Virus record (IMG/VR): IMGVR_UViG_3300037137_001341
Span: 52,238 to 116,237 of that record
DNA length: 64,000 nt
Direction: 5' to 3' (one strand)
DNA from: a virus
Shown here: positions 63,199 through 64,000 of the stretch, one piece after another
How positions within the stretch are numbered: the stretch's first letter is position 1
Layout: every line of letters begins with the position of its first letter
Translations under genes and position numbers: made by a program
The notes under the pieces: model-generated
The model's database searches: none
Seen by the model: only the letters and a program-made list of their open reading frames with translations
Told to the model about the DNA's origin: nothing

Positions 63199-63856
63199 CG
63201 TCGACCTCGGCTCCCTGAAGGAGCAGATGCTCTCGCTCGACGCGCCGATCTCGCAGGTGCAGGACTTCCTGCAGAAGAAGCTGAAGCCACACCGGAAGCA
63301 GGTGTCCGTGGTGCGCTTCGCAAGCGGGCGGCTCGAAGAGCTTTCCGAGGCGACGCTGCAGGTCATCGACGGCTCCGGGGAGGATGTGCCTGGGACGGTC
63401 GTGGAGGCTCAGGCGGTGGAGCCGGTCGTGGAGAAGAAGGAGAAGCCGGCACCCAGGAAGGAGGACAAGCCCGCGGTGGCGGCGACGGTGGGGCAGCCGG
63501 CGCTCGGGTGCCCGGTACCGGAGTTCGACGAGGTCGAGATCCGGGCGACACGTGTCCTCAAAGCGTTCCTGACGCCGGAGCAGATCGAGGACTTCAACCG
63601 GCGGCAGCAGTTCGTGGCCGTCGGCGCGGACACGGGGCACAGGTACCTGCTCACGTCGCGGCAGTCGCGGCACGCCTTCGAGCAGGCGAGCTTCCGCTCG
63701 CTCTACGACATGGACGAGCGGCAGGCGCTCTGCGTACATGACTGGGAGGTGCCGGCCGCCGAGGAGCTTCTCGGTTTGTTCCTGCATGTATCCCTGCCGG
63801 GGCTCGAAGGCTTCGTGCGGTCCATGCCGGACCGGGACGGAGTGCTGCACCGGTGA
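62996..63856 (+). CDS. Hypothetical protein
   Basis: GAGGAG RBS; FLTPEQ..DF, GADTGHRYLL, LCVH motifs. Confidence 0.75.
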   Translation: MHKPQNFTWFLPSMYGDIKLEKVTDKTTRLTLVGLSPTEKEAVKALFARAVKPGAFKKVWTSETALRDVDLGSLKEQMLSLDAPISQVQDFLQKKLKPHRKQVSVVRFASGRLEELSEATLQVIDGSGEDVPGTVVEAQAVEPVVEKKEKPAPRKEDKPAVAATVGQPALGCPVPEFDEVEIRATRVLKAFLTPEQIEDFNRRQQFVAVGADTGHRYLLTSRQSRHAFEQASFRSLYDMDERQALCVHDWEVPAAEELLGLFLHVSLPGLEGFVRSMPDRDGVLHR

Positions 63857-64000
63857 GCATCCTGAAGATCCTTGGGGCGATGGGCCTGCCGACGAAGCTG
63901 CCGAACGGCCACGATCTCGGCTGCCTGTGCAACGAGTGTCACGCCCTCCGCGCCGCCCGGCAGGAAGCGATCGGTGAGCGCATCCGAGCCGGCAAGGAGC
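63853..64000 (+). CDS. Partial hypothetical protein with Cys/His motif
   Basis: GTGA overlap; HDLGCLCNECH; runs off the window. Confidence 0.5.
   Translation, partial: MSILKILGAMGLPTKLPNGHDLGCLCNECHALRAARQEAIGERIRAGKE

Noticed and set aside
1-64000. tRNA/rRNA genes, integrase, transposase, att sites, packaging ATPase
   Set aside because: None recognised by eye; the only Walker A seen belongs to the helicase. Absence needs confirmation by tRNAscan and HMM searches

Overview
The window is a very GC-rich, gene-dense stretch of what looks like a bacterial virus genome; no host housekeeping genes, tRNA, rRNA, CRISPR array or integrase were seen. Genes run on the minus strand from about 59.8 kb to position 1, except a 3-gene plus-strand cassette at 23.8-25.9 kb and a divergent plus-strand operon from 60.1 kb. 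The right part is a replication/recombination/nucleotide module (YqaJ exonuclease, RecT, RHH regulator, replication initiator, primase-SF4 helicase, RuvC, ThyX, Nudix, kinase-like protein). The left part (about 6.6-36 kb) is an unusual morphogenesis module with no terminase, portal, HK97 capsid or tail genes that I can recognise. It has candidate jelly-roll capsid proteins, a very basic membrane-anchored core protein, a YadA-like spike, about 25 small C-terminally membrane-anchored proteins (Cys-rich, LysM, PG-binding), GroES, a J-domain protein and glycosyltransferases. This fits a large tailless, membrane-containing virus (inference). The most striking pattern is a two-motif code in the putative virion proteins. 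A (M/L/I)-x-G-(L/V/I/M)-G motif matching the adenovirus protease consensus recurs in about 25 structural proteins, next to a transglutaminase-like Cys-His-Asp enzyme near the head of the module. A separate hydrophobic-x-x-Asn motif (e.g. YEEN) punctuates the basic/internal proteins and a polyprotein-like ORF. In three membrane proteins the two motifs fall on opposite sides of the membrane segment. Many sigma70-type, often leaderless promoters and a 9-bp-periodic GCTAGC operator array are also visible. All family calls are by eye from motifs; no searches were run.
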